From NCBI GenBank assembly GCA_938028835.1, contig CALIMJ010000006.1, forward strand, positions 4,759-68,758: DNA of 64,000 bases, written 5' to 3'. Shown in pieces: positions 30,070-40,280 of the stretch. The position numbers and the translations under genes were made by a program. The notes under the pieces were generated by a model. It worked only from the letters and a program-made list of their open reading frames with translations. It was not told where the DNA came from and did not search any database. Source of the DNA: an uncultured bacterium (GTDB lineage Bacteria > Sysuimicrobiota > Sysuimicrobiia > Sysuimicrobiales > Sysuimicrobiaceae). Numbering within the stretch: the first letter of the stretch is position 1; each line of letters opens with the position of its first letter.

Positions 30070-31481
30070 CGTGCCACCTCCAGGGCCATCCGGCCTGCCA
30101 GCTCCTCCTGGGGCTGGTCGGTGGGGTACTGCCCGTCCAGGCACGCCATGCACAGCTCCGCCCGGCTCAGTCCGACGGCCTCCACCAGGCCTTCCTGACT
30201 CAGGTAGCCCAGGGAGTCCGCGCCGATGCGCTCGCGGATCTGCTCGACGTCCAGCTCCGCGGCCACCAGCTGGCGGCGGCTGCTGGTGTCCACCCCGTAG
30301 AAGCACGGCCACCGGATGGGCGGGGACGAGATGCGCACGTGCACCTCCCGCGCTCCGGCCTCCCGCAGCACCTGCACGATCTTGCCGCTGGTGGTGCCCC
30401 GGACGATGCTGTCGTCCACCAGCACCACCCGCTGGCCGGCCACCAGCTCCCGCACGGGGTTCAGCTTGACCCGCACCCCGAGGTCCCGGCGCTGCGGGTC
30501 CGGCTCGATGAAGGTCCGGCCCACGTACCGGTTCTTCACCAGGGCCAGCTCGAACCGCAGGCCGCTCTGCTCCGCGAACCCCAGCGCCGCGGACGTCCCC
30601 GAGTCCGGCACGGGCACCACCAGGTCCGCGTCCGCGGGGTGCTCCCGGGCCAGCACCCGCCCCATGGCGCGCCGTACCCTGTGCACGTTTCGGCCCACCA
30701 GGTTGGTGTCGGGCCGCGCGAAGTAGATGAACTCGAAGACGCAGTGCGCCCGCCTGGGGGAGGGCAGCACCACCTCTCCGTGGAGCTGGCCGTCCCGCAC
30801 CCCCACCAGCTCCCCTGGGAGGACGTCCCGTACGAAGACCGCGCCGATCTGGTCAAACGCGCACGTCTCTGAGGCCACCACCCACCCGTCCCCGATGCGG
30901 CCCAGGACCAGGGGCCGGATGGCCAAGGGATCCCGGAACGCGAACAGCGTCCCGTCCACGAGGGCCACCACGGTGTACGCGCCCTCCAAACGCTCCATGG
31001 CCACCCGGATGGCCGCCTCCGGCGTGCGGCGGGAGCTGGTGGCCACGCACCACGCCAGCACCTCGGTGTCGGAGCTGCCCCGGAAGCGCACCCCGCGACG
31101 CTCGAGCTCCTCCCGCAGCTGCGGGGCGTTAGTGAGGTTGCCGTTGTGGGCCACCGCCAGCGTGCCCCACGGGGACGGCACCGCCACCGGTTGGGCGTTC
31201 TCCAGCACCGCGGACCCCATGGTGGAGTAGCGCACGTGGCCGATCCCCAGGCTCCCGGGCAGCGCCGAGAGCCGCTCGTCGAAGACCCGGCTTGCCAGGC
31301 CCATGCCCTTGTGCAGGTGCAGGCCCGCCTCGCTCCAGGTGGCGATTCCCGCACTCTCCTGGCCCCGGTGCTGCAGCGCCAGCAGGCCCAGGTACACCAG
31401 CGGGGCCACCGTCTGCCCGGGCCAGGCGATGCCGAACACCCCGCACTCCTCGCGGGGGCCCTCACGCCAGGGATCCTTCAT
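30066..31481 (-). CDS. purF: Amidophosphoribosyltransferase
   Basis: [18 protein letters not shown] (Ntn Cys after propeptide). PRT-type VLVDDSIVRGTT motif. C-terminal Cys motifs. ATG overlaps the purL stop (ATGA). Confidence 0.9.
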   Translation of the reverse strand: MKDPWREGPREECGVFGIAWPGQTVAPLVYLGLLALQHRGQESAGIATWSEAGLHLHKGMGLASRVFDERLSALPGSLGIGHVRYSTMGSAVLENAQPVAVPSPWGTLAVAHNGNLTNAPQLREELERRGVRFRGSSDTEVLAWCVATSSRRTPEAAIRVAMERLEGAYTVVALVDGTLFAFRDPLAIRPLVLGRIGDGWVVASETCAFDQIGAVFVRDVLPGELVGVRDGQLHGEVVLPSPRRAHCVFEFIYFARPDTNLVGRNVHRVRRAMGRVLAREHPADADLVVPVPDSGTSAALGFAEQSGLRFELALVKNRYVGRTFIEPDPQRRDLGVRVKLNPVRELVAGQRVVLVDDSIVRGTTSGKIVQVLREAGAREVHVRISSPPIRWPCFYGVDTSSRRQLVAAELDVEQIRERIGADSLGYLSQEGLVEAVGLSRAELCMACLDGQYPTDQPQEELAGRMALEVAR

Positions 31482-33679
31482 CGGTACGCCTCCCACGCCG
31501 ACCGGAGCTCCACCACGGGAACCGCCACCTCCGCGTCCGGCAGCCTCAGGTGCAGCTGGTCTCCGCCCACGTAGCCCAGCAGGCGGAGGGGTACGCCAGC
31601 CCGCGCGCACAGGGCCGCGAACGCCTCGTACCGCTCGGGCGGTACGGACACCAGCACCCGCGACGGCCCCTCCCCGAACAGGCTCAGGTCCGTTTGGATC
31701 CCGAACAACTCGGGGCTGAGGGTGCACCGGGCCCCGATCCCGCCGGCCACGCACGCCTCGGCCAGGGCCACCGCAAGCCCGCCTTCGCTGAGGTCGTGGG
31801 CGGACCGCACTAGCCCCTCCTCCGCGGCGCGCACCAGCACGTCCAGAAGCCGCCGGTGCAGACCCAGGTCCGGCCGCACCGGCGCGCCCGCCACCTTCCC
31901 GTGGAGGGTGCGCAGGTACTCGCTGCCGCCCAGAGAAACGCGGTCCGAGCCCACCAGCGCCACCACGTCCCCCGCGGCCCCGAAGCCCGTGCTCAGGGCC
32001 CGGGTCACGTCCTCCATCACACCCAGGCAGGCCACCACCGGAGTGGGGTAGACGGCGCCGTGCTCGGACTCGTTGTACAGACTCACGTTCCCGCCCACCA
32101 CGGGCACTCCCAGGGCGCGGCAGGCGTCCGCGATTCCGTCCACGACCCCTGCCAGCTCCCACGCCACCTCGGGCCGCTCGGGGTTCCCCAGGTTCAGCCC
32201 GTCGGTGACCGCCACGGGTCTCGCACCCACACACGCCACGTTCAGGGTGGCCTCGCACACCGCAGCCGCCCCACCCGCCCAGGGGTCCAGGTAGGAGATG
32301 CGGCCGTTCCCGTCCACGCTCAGGGCGATCCCTCGGGGTGGAGCTTCCAGGAGCCGCAGCACCGCCGCGTCCGCGCCAGGCGGCACGACCGTCCGCAGCT
32401 GCACCATGTGATCGTACTGCGTGTAGATGGGCCGCTTGCTGACCACAGATGGCGACCGCAGGAGGCTCAGCAGCGCCTGTGCGGGGTCTGGCTTGGGCAG
32501 GCCGCTGAGGTCGGCGTCCCTCAGCGCCCGCCGCGCCTGGGGCTCCTGTTCAGGCACCCGGTAGGTGGGCGCGTCCGTCAGGGCGGAGGGAGGGAGCTCC
32601 ACCACCAACGCGTCGCCGTCGTAGGCGCGCAGCACGGGTTCGGCGGTCACCTGGCCCACCACCTCCGCGTGCAGCCCCCACCGCCGGTACGCCCGCAGGA
32701 CCTCCTCCTCCCGGCCCCGCTGCACCACCAGCAGCATCCGCTCCTGCGACTCCGACAGGAGCACCTCCGCGGGCGTCATCCCGCGCTCGCGCCTGGGGAC
32801 CCGGTCCAGATAGAGGACCATCCCCGTGCGGCCGCGGGCGCTCATCTCCGCGGCCGCGCACGTGATCCCCGCGGCCCCCATGTCCTGCAAGGCCACCACC
32901 GCGCCGGTCTGGAGCGCCTCCAGGGTGGCCTCGATGAGCAGCTTGCCCGCGAACGGGTCCCCGATCTGCACCGCACCGCGGTCCGACTCCGCGGAAGTTT
33001 CCTCCAGCTGTTCGGAAGCGAACGCCGCCCCGCCGATGCCGTCCCGGCCCGTACGGGCGCCCGCGTACACCACAGAGTTTCCGGGCCCCGCGGCCGCCGA
33101 GCCGAACACCCGGGAGGAAGGCAGCAACCCGACACAGGCCACGTTCACCAGGGGGTTGGCCCGGTAGCAGTCCTCGTACAGGACCTCCCCACCGACCACG
33201 GGCACGCCCACGGAGTTGCCGTAGTGGCTGATCCCTGCCACCACGCCTTCCCGCAGCCGGCGGGACTGCGGGTCTTCCGGCGGCCCGAACCGCAGGCTGT
33301 CCAGCAGCGCCACCGGCCGGGCGCCCATGCTCAGCACGTCCCGCAGGATGCCGCCCACACCCGTGGCCGCGCCGTGGAAGGGGTCCACCGCGCTGGGGTG
33401 GTTGTGGCTTTCTACCTTCAGGGCGGCAGCGAGACCGGGTGCTACCTCCACCACCCCCGCGTTCTCCCCGGGGCCCCGCAGAACTCCGGGGCCAGCGGTG
33501 GGCAGACGCTTGAGGTAGGGGCGGGAGTGCTTGTACGCGCAGTGCTCGGACCACATGACCCCGAACATGCGCAGCTCGGTGGGGTTGGGCCGGCGGCCGA
33601 GGAGGGCGCAGACCCGTTCGTACTCCTCCCGCCGCAGCCCCGCGGCCTCCCATTCGGGAATCTGCGTTACCGCCGTCAT
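31478..33679 (-). CDS. purL: Phosphoribosylformylglycinamidine synthase subunit II
   Basis: 733 aa. [23 protein letters not shown]...[12 protein letters not shown] 5 nt after GGGGAGG. Overlaps the purQ stop (ATGA). Confidence 0.9.
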   Translation of the reverse strand: MTAVTQIPEWEAAGLRREEYERVCALLGRRPNPTELRMFGVMWSEHCAYKHSRPYLKRLPTAGPGVLRGPGENAGVVEVAPGLAAALKVESHNHPSAVDPFHGAATGVGGILRDVLSMGARPVALLDSLRFGPPEDPQSRRLREGVVAGISHYGNSVGVPVVGGEVLYEDCYRANPLVNVACVGLLPSSRVFGSAAAGPGNSVVYAGARTGRDGIGGAAFASEQLEETSAESDRGAVQIGDPFAGKLLIEATLEALQTGAVVALQDMGAAGITCAAAEMSARGRTGMVLYLDRVPRRERGMTPAEVLLSESQERMLLVVQRGREEEVLRAYRRWGLHAEVVGQVTAEPVLRAYDGDALVVELPPSALTDAPTYRVPEQEPQARRALRDADLSGLPKPDPAQALLSLLRSPSVVSKRPIYTQYDHMVQLRTVVPPGADAAVLRLLEAPPRGIALSVDGNGRISYLDPWAGGAAAVCEATLNVACVGARPVAVTDGLNLGNPERPEVAWELAGVVDGIADACRALGVPVVGGNVSLYNESEHGAVYPTPVVACLGVMEDVTRALSTGFGAAGDVVALVGSDRVSLGGSEYLRTLHGKVAGAPVRPDLGLHRRLLDVLVRAAEEGLVRSAHDLSEGGLAVALAEACVAGGIGARCTLSPELFGIQTDLSLFGEGPSRVLVSVPPERYEAFAALCARAGVPLRLLGYVGGDQLHLRLPDAEVAVPVVELRSAWEAYR

Positions 33680-34407
33680 CGCGTCCTCCCCGCAGCCAGA
33701 AGTGCCCGGTCCCGCAGCCACCGGTACATGCTCTCGAACAGCCGCCGGCCGTCCTGCCCGCCCAACACCGCCTCCGAGCACCGCTCCGGGTGGGGCATCA
33801 GGCCCAGGACGTTGCCCTCCCGGTTCGCGAGGCCCGCGATGTGGTGCAGTGAGCCGTTCGGGTTGGCCTCCGGGGTGGTGCGGCCGTCCCGGTCCACGTA
33901 CCGGAACACCACCTGGCCGCGCTGCTCCAGCTCCTCCAGCACCTCCGGCGGCGCGTGGTACCGGCCGTCCCCGTGGGCGATGGGCATGCGCACCACCTCC
34001 CCCGGCGCGTACAGGCTGGTGAACGGCGTGTCGGCCCGCTCCACCCTCAGGGTGGTCCACTCGCACCGGAACGTGGCCCCCCGGTTCCGCACCAGCGCGC
34101 CGGGCAGCAGCCCGGCCTCCAGCAGGACCTGGAACCCGTTGCAGATCCCCACCACCAGCCCGCCGGCGCCCGCAAACCGCCGGACCGCCCGCACCACCGG
34201 GCTGGTGGCGGCCACCGCCCCGGGCCGCAGGTAGTCCCCGTAGGAGAACCCGCCTGGCAGCACCACCGCGTCGAAACCTGAGAGGTCCTCCTCCTCATGC
34301 CACACGAACTCCGCGGGGTAGCCCAGCACGTCCCGCAGCACGTGCAGGCAGTCCCGGTCACAGTTGGACCCGGGGAACACCACCACGGCGAAACGCGGGT
34401 CCCGCAT
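33676..34407 (-). CDS. purQ: Phosphoribosylformylglycinamidine synthase subunit I (glutaminase)
   Basis: [16 protein letters not shown] and the HPER triad. Internal ATG ([11 protein letters not shown]) overlaps the purS stop by 1 nt. Confidence 0.9.
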   Translation of the reverse strand: MRDPRFAVVVFPGSNCDRDCLHVLRDVLGYPAEFVWHEEEDLSGFDAVVLPGGFSYGDYLRPGAVAATSPVVRAVRRFAGAGGLVVGICNGFQVLLEAGLLPGALVRNRGATFRCEWTTLRVERADTPFTSLYAPGEVVRMPIAHGDGRYHAPPEVLEELEQRGQVVFRYVDRDGRTTPEANPNGSLHHIAGLANREGNVLGLMPHPERCSEAVLGGQDGRRLFESMYRWLRDRALLAAGRTR

Positions 34408-34658
34408 CACGGGGTCGGCACCTCCTCCCGCTCGTACACCTCGTAGTCCTCGATGAGCGGGTTGGTGAGGAACCGCTCGCACAGCTCCCGCACCCGCTCC
34501 CGCCACCTTTCCTCGGGCACCGTCAGCTCGAACGCCTTGCCCACCCGGACCTCAGACGCCTCCAGGCCCAGGGCCCGCAGGCCCGTCTGGACCGCCTGTC
34601 CCTGCGCGTCCAGCACACCCGGCTTCAGGAACACCACCACCCGCACGCGCTTGTTCAC
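34407..34658 (-). CDS. purS: Phosphoribosylformylglycinamidine synthase subunit PurS
   Basis: 83 aa ([20 protein letters not shown]...). GTG overlaps the purC stop (GTGA). Confidence 0.8.
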   Translation of the reverse strand: MNKRVRVVVFLKPGVLDAQGQAVQTGLRALGLEASEVRVGKAFELTVPEERWRERVRELCERFLTNPLIEDYEVYEREEVPTP

Positions 34659-35539
34659 AGCTCCACCTCGCGCCCCGTGATCCGCCGGAAGGCCTCCAGG
34701 TACCGCGCCCGCAGCTCCGCCACCAGCTCCGCGGGCAGCTCCGGACCGGGCGGGGCCTTGTCCCAGCCCACCCGCTCCAGGTAGTCCCGCAGCAGCTGCT
34801 TGTCGAAGGGCTCGAGTTCGCCCCGCCGGTACGCCTCCGCGTCCCAGTACCGGGAGGAGTCCGGGGTGCCCACCTCGTCGATGAGCACCAGCTGGCCGTC
34901 GACCCACCCGAACTCGAACTTGGTGTCCGCCAGCAGCAGGCCCCGCGGTTCCACGTGTGCTGCCATGTGGCGGTACAGCCGCACGCTGGCCTCCCGCAGC
35001 CGGGCCGCCAGCTCCTCGCCCACCGCGGCCGCCACGAACTCGAAGGTGACGTTCTCGTCGTGGCCCGAAGCGCTCTTGGTGGCGGGGGTGAACAGGGGCT
35101 CCGGCAGCCGCGCGCCGGGCTGCAGACCCGCGGGCAGCTCCACCCCGCACACCCGGCCGCTTTGCCGGTACTCCTTCCACGCGGAGCCTGCCAGGTAGCC
35201 GCGGACCACGCACTCGAAGTCCACCCGCTGCGCCCGCCGGACCAGCATGCTGCGGCCCCGCAGCGCGCCCAACTCCGATTCGTCCAACCCCGTGGCCTGC
35301 GCGATCCCCCTCAGGTCGGTGGTCACCAGGTGGTTGGGGACGATGGAGCGCGTCCGCTGGAACCAGAAGCTGGACAGCTGCGTCAGGACCTTGCCGCGGT
35401 CCGGCACGGGGGTGGACAGGACCACGTCGAAGGCGCTGATGCGGTCGGTGGCCACCACCAGCAGGTACTCCCCCAGGTCGTACACGTCCCGGACCTTCCC
35501 CCGGCAGAACAGGGGGAGCTCGAGAGCGGTGTGGGTCAC
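34655..35539 (-). CDS. purC: SAICAR synthetase
   Basis: Approximately 295 aa (LFCRGKVRDVYD..., LADTKFEFG). GTG lies 5 nt after GGAGGTG and overlaps the purB stop (GTGA). The N-terminal 450 codons of the 749-aa ORF are rejected. Confidence 0.85.
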   Translation of the reverse strand: MTHTALELPLFCRGKVRDVYDLGEYLLVVATDRISAFDVVLSTPVPDRGKVLTQLSSFWFQRTRSIVPNHLVTTDLRGIAQATGLDESELGALRGRSMLVRRAQRVDFECVVRGYLAGSAWKEYRQSGRVCGVELPAGLQPGARLPEPLFTPATKSASGHDENVTFEFVAAAVGEELAARLREASVRLYRHMAAHVEPRGLLLADTKFEFGWVDGQLVLIDEVGTPDSSRYWDAEAYRRGELEPFDKQLLRDYLERVGWDKAPPGPELPAELVAELRARYLEAFRRITGREVEL

Positions 35540-36870
35540 CGTGCCACCTCCTGCCGCCGGGGAACGCCCACCCGCTCCAGGATCTCGTCCGCGTACTTCA
35601 GGTACGGGGCGGGGTCCAGGCACTCGCGCAGGGCCGCTTCGTCCGCCACCTCCCGCACCGCCGGGTCCTCCACGAGCCGCCGCACCAGGGCGTCCGGCGG
35701 CGGAGCGGGGTCCTCCCATACCGCTGCCGCAGCCCGCTGCACGGCGGCGTAGGCCGCGTCCCGGGACAGCCCCAGCTCCACCAGCCGCAGGAGCACTCGG
35801 TGGGAGTACACGAGCCCGCCCGTGGACTCCAGGTTCCGCCGCATACGGTCCGCGTCCACCCGCAGCCCGTCGAGCACCTGCCGGAGCTTGCGCAGCATGT
35901 AGTGCAGCAACGTGGTGGCTCCGGAGAGGACGACGCGCTCGTTGGACGAGTGGGTGATGTCCCGCTCGCCCCACAGGGCCTGGTTCTCCAGGGCCACCAC
36001 CGCGCAGCCCCGCAGCATCCGGCTCAGCCCCACCACCCGCTCGCTGAGGATGGGGTTGCGCTTGTGGGGCATGGCGGAAGACCCCGTCTGGCCGGCGGCG
36101 AAGGGCTCCTCCAGCTCCCGGATCTCCGTGCGCTGCAGGGACCGCACCTCCGTGGCGATGCGCTCCAGGCTGCCGCCCACTACCGCGAGGGCGGCCAGGT
36201 AGTGGGCGTGCCGGTCCCGTTGGATCACCTGGGAGGAGGCCGGGTCCACGGCGAGCCCCAGCCTGGCGCACACGTACGCCTCCACCTGCGGGGGCAGGTG
36301 CGCGTAGTTGCCCACCTCCCCGGAAAGCTTGCCCACCCGTACGGCCTCCCGCGCCTGTCGCAGGCGCTCCCTTCCGCGTTCCAGCTCCGCGATCCAGGTG
36401 GCCACCTTGCACCCGAAGGTGATGGGTTCTGCCTGGACGCCGTGGGTGCGGCCGGCCATCAGGGTGTAGCGATGACGGTCTGCCAGCTCCCGCAGGACTC
36501 CCAGCAGCCGGTCCAGCTCCTCCAGCAACAGGTCCGCGGCCCGAACCAGGAGCACCGCGGTGGCGGTATCCACCACGTCCGAGGAGCCCAGGCCCCGGTG
36601 CAGGTAGCGGGCGTCCTCCCCCAGCTCCTCCGAGACCACCCGCAGGAACGCCACCACGTCGTGGTGGGTCTCGCGTTCCTCCACCTCCCGGACCCGGTCG
36701 GGGTCTGGGACCCGGGCGCGCTCCCGCATCCTCCGCACGGCTTCCACGGGCACCTGGCCCAGCTGGGCCTGCGCCTCCGCGGCCAGCAGCTCCACCTCCA
36801 GCCAGGTGGCGAGCTTGCTGCGCTCGCTCCACAGCTCGGCCATCTCCGGGGTCGTGTACCGCGGGATCAC
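35536..36870 (-). CDS. purB: Adenylosuccinate lyase
   Basis: 444 aa. GSSAMPHKRNP fumarate-lyase signature. GTG overlaps the purA stop. Confidence 0.9.
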   Translation of the reverse strand: MIPRYTTPEMAELWSERSKLATWLEVELLAAEAQAQLGQVPVEAVRRMRERARVPDPDRVREVEERETHHDVVAFLRVVSEELGEDARYLHRGLGSSDVVDTATAVLLVRAADLLLEELDRLLGVLRELADRHRYTLMAGRTHGVQAEPITFGCKVATWIAELERGRERLRQAREAVRVGKLSGEVGNYAHLPPQVEAYVCARLGLAVDPASSQVIQRDRHAHYLAALAVVGGSLERIATEVRSLQRTEIRELEEPFAAGQTGSSAMPHKRNPILSERVVGLSRMLRGCAVVALENQALWGERDITHSSNERVVLSGATTLLHYMLRKLRQVLDGLRVDADRMRRNLESTGGLVYSHRVLLRLVELGLSRDAAYAAVQRAAAAVWEDPAPPPDALVRRLVEDPAVREVADEAALRECLDPAPYLKYADEILERVGVPRRQEVAR

Positions 36871-38150
36871 AGCACGCCTCCCGGGGTGTACACGGTCTGC
36901 TCACGGCGCGGCCCGGTCCCGATCATGGTCACCGGTGCCCCGCACAGTTCCTGCACCCGCTCCACGAACCGCCGGGCCTGCGGGGGAAGGTCCCCGTACC
37001 GGGTCGCGCCGTGGGTGGAGCTCTTCCACCCCGGCAGCTCCTCGTACACCGGCCGGACGCGCTCCAGCACCGGCGTGGGCGGCACCGTGTTCAGGCGCTC
37101 GCCCCGGTACTCGTAAGCCACGCACACCCGCACGGGGTCGAAGTGGTCTAGCACGTCCAGCTTCATCAGGGCGATCTCCGTGCACCCATTCAGGCGCGAG
37201 GCGAACCGGGCGGCCACCCCGTCGAACCAGCCGCACCGCCGGGGCCGGCCGGTGGTGGCGCCGTACTCCTGCCCCAGCTCCCGGAGCCGGGCGCCGTCGG
37301 GGCCGGCCTCCTCGGTGGGCATGGGGCCGGAGCCCACTGCGGTGGTGTACGACTTCACCACGCCCACCACCCGGGTGATGCGGTGGGGCGGGATGCCGGC
37401 GCCCGAGCACGCGCCGCCCGCCAGGGTCGTGGAGGACGTCACGTAGGGGTAGATGCCCCAGTCCACGTCCCGCATGGTGCCGAGGTGCCCCTCCAGCAGC
37501 ACCGGCTCGTCCCACTCCAGGGCCTGCTGGACCACCTCGAACCCGTCCGTCACGTACGGCCGCAGGCGCTCCGCCCACGCCTGGCAGGCCCGGCGCACCG
37601 CCGCGGGGTCCAGGACCGGCTGCCCGTGCACCCGCTCCAGGTAGGCGTTGTGCCGGCGCAGGGACGCCTCCAGCTGCGCAGCCAGCATCTCCGGGTGGTA
37701 CAGGTCCGCCACCCGAAGCCCTACCCGCGCCACCTTGTCGGTGTACGAGGGCCAGATCCCCTGTCGGGTGGTGCCGTGGGCTCCGGATCCCCGCGCCTCC
37801 TCCTCCAGCACGTCCAGCTGCACGTGGTGCGGCAGGGTGAGGTGGGCCCGGTCGGAAAGCAGCAGCTCCCCCCGGGCTAGGCCCCGCCGGACCAGGTCGT
37901 CGATCTCGTGCAGCAGCAGGTCCGGGTTGACGACACAACCGGGGCCGATGAGGTTGCGGCAGCCTGCGTGGAAGATGCCGGAGGGGACCAGGTGCAGCCG
38001 GAAGGTGCCCCACTCGTTGACGATGGTGTGGCCCGCGTTGGCGCCGCCGTTGAACCGCACCACCAACCGGGCGTGCTGGCTCAGGGCGTCGATGACCTTG
38101 CCCTTGCCCTCGTCGCCCCAGTGCAGGCCGACCACCGCGGTGACGGGCAT
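36867..38150 (-). CDS. purA: Adenylosuccinate synthetase
   Basis: 427 aa. GLHWGDEGKGK P-loop and GGANAGHT motif. ATG overlaps the purD stop by 1 nt. Confidence 0.9.
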   Translation of the reverse strand: MPVTAVVGLHWGDEGKGKVIDALSQHARLVVRFNGGANAGHTIVNEWGTFRLHLVPSGIFHAGCRNLIGPGCVVNPDLLLHEIDDLVRRGLARGELLLSDRAHLTLPHHVQLDVLEEEARGSGAHGTTRQGIWPSYTDKVARVGLRVADLYHPEMLAAQLEASLRRHNAYLERVHGQPVLDPAAVRRACQAWAERLRPYVTDGFEVVQQALEWDEPVLLEGHLGTMRDVDWGIYPYVTSSTTLAGGACSGAGIPPHRITRVVGVVKSYTTAVGSGPMPTEEAGPDGARLRELGQEYGATTGRPRRCGWFDGVAARFASRLNGCTEIALMKLDVLDHFDPVRVCVAYEYRGERLNTVPPTPVLERVRPVYEELPGWKSSTHGATRYGDLPPQARRFVERVQELCGAPVTMIGTGPRREQTVYTPGGVL

Positions 38151-39430
38151 CAGCGTTCCACTCCCGCGGAGTGCACCGCCCGCAGCCCGATGTCGGTCCG
38201 GTAGTGCATGCCCTCGAAGCGCACCTGCCCGAACACGCGGTAGGCAGCCTCGCGCGCGGAACGCACGTCCGGCCCCAGGCCCACCGCGTTCAGCACCCGT
38301 CCGCCCGCGGTCACCAGCCTGCCGTCCTGCTGGTCCACCCCCGCGCAGAAGACCAGGGTGTCCTCCGGGAGCTCGGCGTCCAGTCCGTGGATCGTCCGGC
38401 CCTTCACGGGGGAGTCGGGGTAGCCCTCCGCGGCGGCCACCACGCACACGGCAGCTTTCGGCTTCCACCGCAGCCGCACGTCCCCCAGCTTACCCTCGCA
38501 CGTGGCCCACAGCACCTCCGCGAGGTCACAGTCCAGCAGCGGCAGCAGCACCTGCGCTTCGGGGTCGCCGAACCGCGCGTTGAACTCCAGGACCTTCGGA
38601 CCCTCACGGGTCAGCATCAGCCCCGCGTACAGGACCCCGCGGAACCGCGCGCCGTCCCGGCACAGGGCCTCCGCGGCAGGCTCCAGGATCTCACGCCGCA
38701 CCCGGTCCGCAAGGGAAGCCGGCAGGTGCGAAAGCGGCGCCACCGCCCCCATCCCGCCGGTGTTGGGGCCCCGATCGCCGTCCCGAAGCCGCTTGTGGTC
38801 CTGCGCGAGGACCATGGGGACCACGCACTCACCGTCCACGAAGGCCAGGGCAGAGGCCTCCTCGCCCTCCAGGTACTCCTCCACCACCACCCGGCGCCCG
38901 GCCTCCCCGAACCTCCCTTCCACCATCAACGCACGCACCGCCTCCTCCGCCTCCTGCGGGTGGTTGCAGACTAGGGCGCCCTTCCCCGCGGCCAAGCCGT
39001 CCGCCTTCACCACACACCGCCCGCCCAGGGAACGCACCCACCTCACGGCCTCCTCAGGGGAGTCGAAGGACCGGTGCTCGGGCTGCGGGACCCCTGCCCG
39101 CGACAGCAGGTCCTTGGCGTACACCTTCGACCACTCGATCCGGGCCGCGGCCCGGGTGGGGCCGAAAACCCGGAACCCCTCGGCCTGGAGGGCGTCCACC
39201 AGGCCTTTTGCGAGGGGGTCCTCCGGACCCACCACCACCAGGTCCGGCCGCAGGTCGCGAGCAGCTGCCACCAGACCGGGCACGTCGGAGGAGCTGACCG
39301 GTACGCGGCGGGCCTCCCGCATCCCCGGGTTCCCCGGGGCGCAGTACACCGCCTGGACCAGGGGGCTGCGGCTCAGGGCCCACACCAGGGCGTGTTCCCG
39401 GCCGCCCGACCCCACGACCAGGAGTCTCAC
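38150..39430 (-). CDS. purD: Phosphoribosylamine-glycine ligase
   Basis: Approximately 426 aa. VRLLVVGSGGREHALVWAL N-terminus. ATP-grasp domain. GTG follows GGAGGT. Confidence 0.9.
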   Translation of the reverse strand: MRLLVVGSGGREHALVWALSRSPLVQAVYCAPGNPGMREARRVPVSSSDVPGLVAAARDLRPDLVVVGPEDPLAKGLVDALQAEGFRVFGPTRAAARIEWSKVYAKDLLSRAGVPQPEHRSFDSPEEAVRWVRSLGGRCVVKADGLAAGKGALVCNHPQEAEEAVRALMVEGRFGEAGRRVVVEEYLEGEEASALAFVDGECVVPMVLAQDHKRLRDGDRGPNTGGMGAVAPLSHLPASLADRVRREILEPAAEALCRDGARFRGVLYAGLMLTREGPKVLEFNARFGDPEAQVLLPLLDCDLAEVLWATCEGKLGDVRLRWKPKAAVCVVAAAEGYPDSPVKGRTIHGLDAELPEDTLVFCAGVDQQDGRLVTAGGRVLNAVGLGPDVRSAREAAYRVFGQVRFEGMHYRTDIGLRAVHSAGVER

Positions 39431-39587
39431 GGGACCTCCGACAAAGTTCGCAATATTCGGACGATCCGTCGCTCCCAACAAAGCGTACCAGGAAGATCGC
39501 CCGAACCGGAAGGGCCGACCCGCAGATACGTTCGGCATAGTCGTATGTGACTTGCGCGATAAACGCGCCTGCCAGGCTGAGGGTAGG

Positions 39588-40280
39588 TTGCGGGAGTTGG
39601 CGCAGTCGCTTTTCTCCGGGGCCGCCTACCGCTACGACCGGGTGGCCGCCTGGCTGAGTTATGGTCAGTACCCCCGGTGGCACCGCTTCCTGGTGTCCCG
39701 TATCCCGCCAGAGGCCCGTTGGGTCCTGGACGTGGCCACGGGCACCGCCAGCGTCGCCGTACTCCTGGCCCGCCGTGGCCACCGCGTGGTGGGGCTGGAC
39801 CTCACGGAGCCCATGCTGCGGGAGGCCGCACGCAAGGTCCAAAGCCTCCGCCTGCAGGACCGGGTGCTCCTGGTGCGAGGAGCAGCTGAGCAGCTTCCGT
39901 TTCCGGACGGCGCCTTCCACGCGCTCACGTTCACGTTCCTGCTGCGCTACGTGCAGGACCCACCCCAGGTGGTGGCCGAGCTCGGCCGTGTGGTGCGCCG
40001 CGGTGGCTGGATGGCTTCTTTGGAGTTCGGTGTGCCCGACCCGCCCTGGCGGTGGTGGTGGCGCGTGCACACCCGGGTGGTCCTGCCCGTGGGAGGCCGG
40101 CTGGTTTCGGACGGCTGGCACCGGGTGGGGCGCTTCCTGGGGTCGAGCATCGAGGCCTTCTGCCGCGCCCACCCTTTCCCGGAGGTGCGGGCCTGGTGGC
40201 AGCGAGCAGGGTTTGTGCAGGTGCGCCGCCGGCGGCTCAGCTTCGGGGCCGCGGAGGTGGTGTGGGGGCGCAAGCGGTGA
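39588..40280 (+). CDS. Class I SAM-dependent methyltransferase, UbiE/MenG-like
   Basis: YRYDRVAAWLSYGQYPRWHRF (UbiE-like N-terminal motif). VLDVATGTAS motif I. Start uncertain (TTG/GTG candidates between 39550 and 39600). Confidence 0.65.
   Translation: MRELAQSLFSGAAYRYDRVAAWLSYGQYPRWHRFLVSRIPPEARWVLDVATGTASVAVLLARRGHRVVGLDLTEPMLREAARKVQSLRLQDRVLLVRGAAEQLPFPDGAFHALTFTFLLRYVQDPPQVVAELGRVVRRGGWMASLEFGVPDPPWRWWWRVHTRVVLPVGGRLVSDGWHRVGRFLGSSIEAFCRAHPFPEVRAWWQRAGFVQVRRRRLSFGAAEVVWGRKR

Noticed and set aside
39431-39587. Purine or ZTP riboswitch in the pur-operon leader
   Set aside because: No GUUUCUACC / CCGUAAAU purine-aptamer core and no GGGUCGUGAC...CCGCCUGGGCA pfl consensus. Only a PurBox-like inverted hexamer pair is visible.
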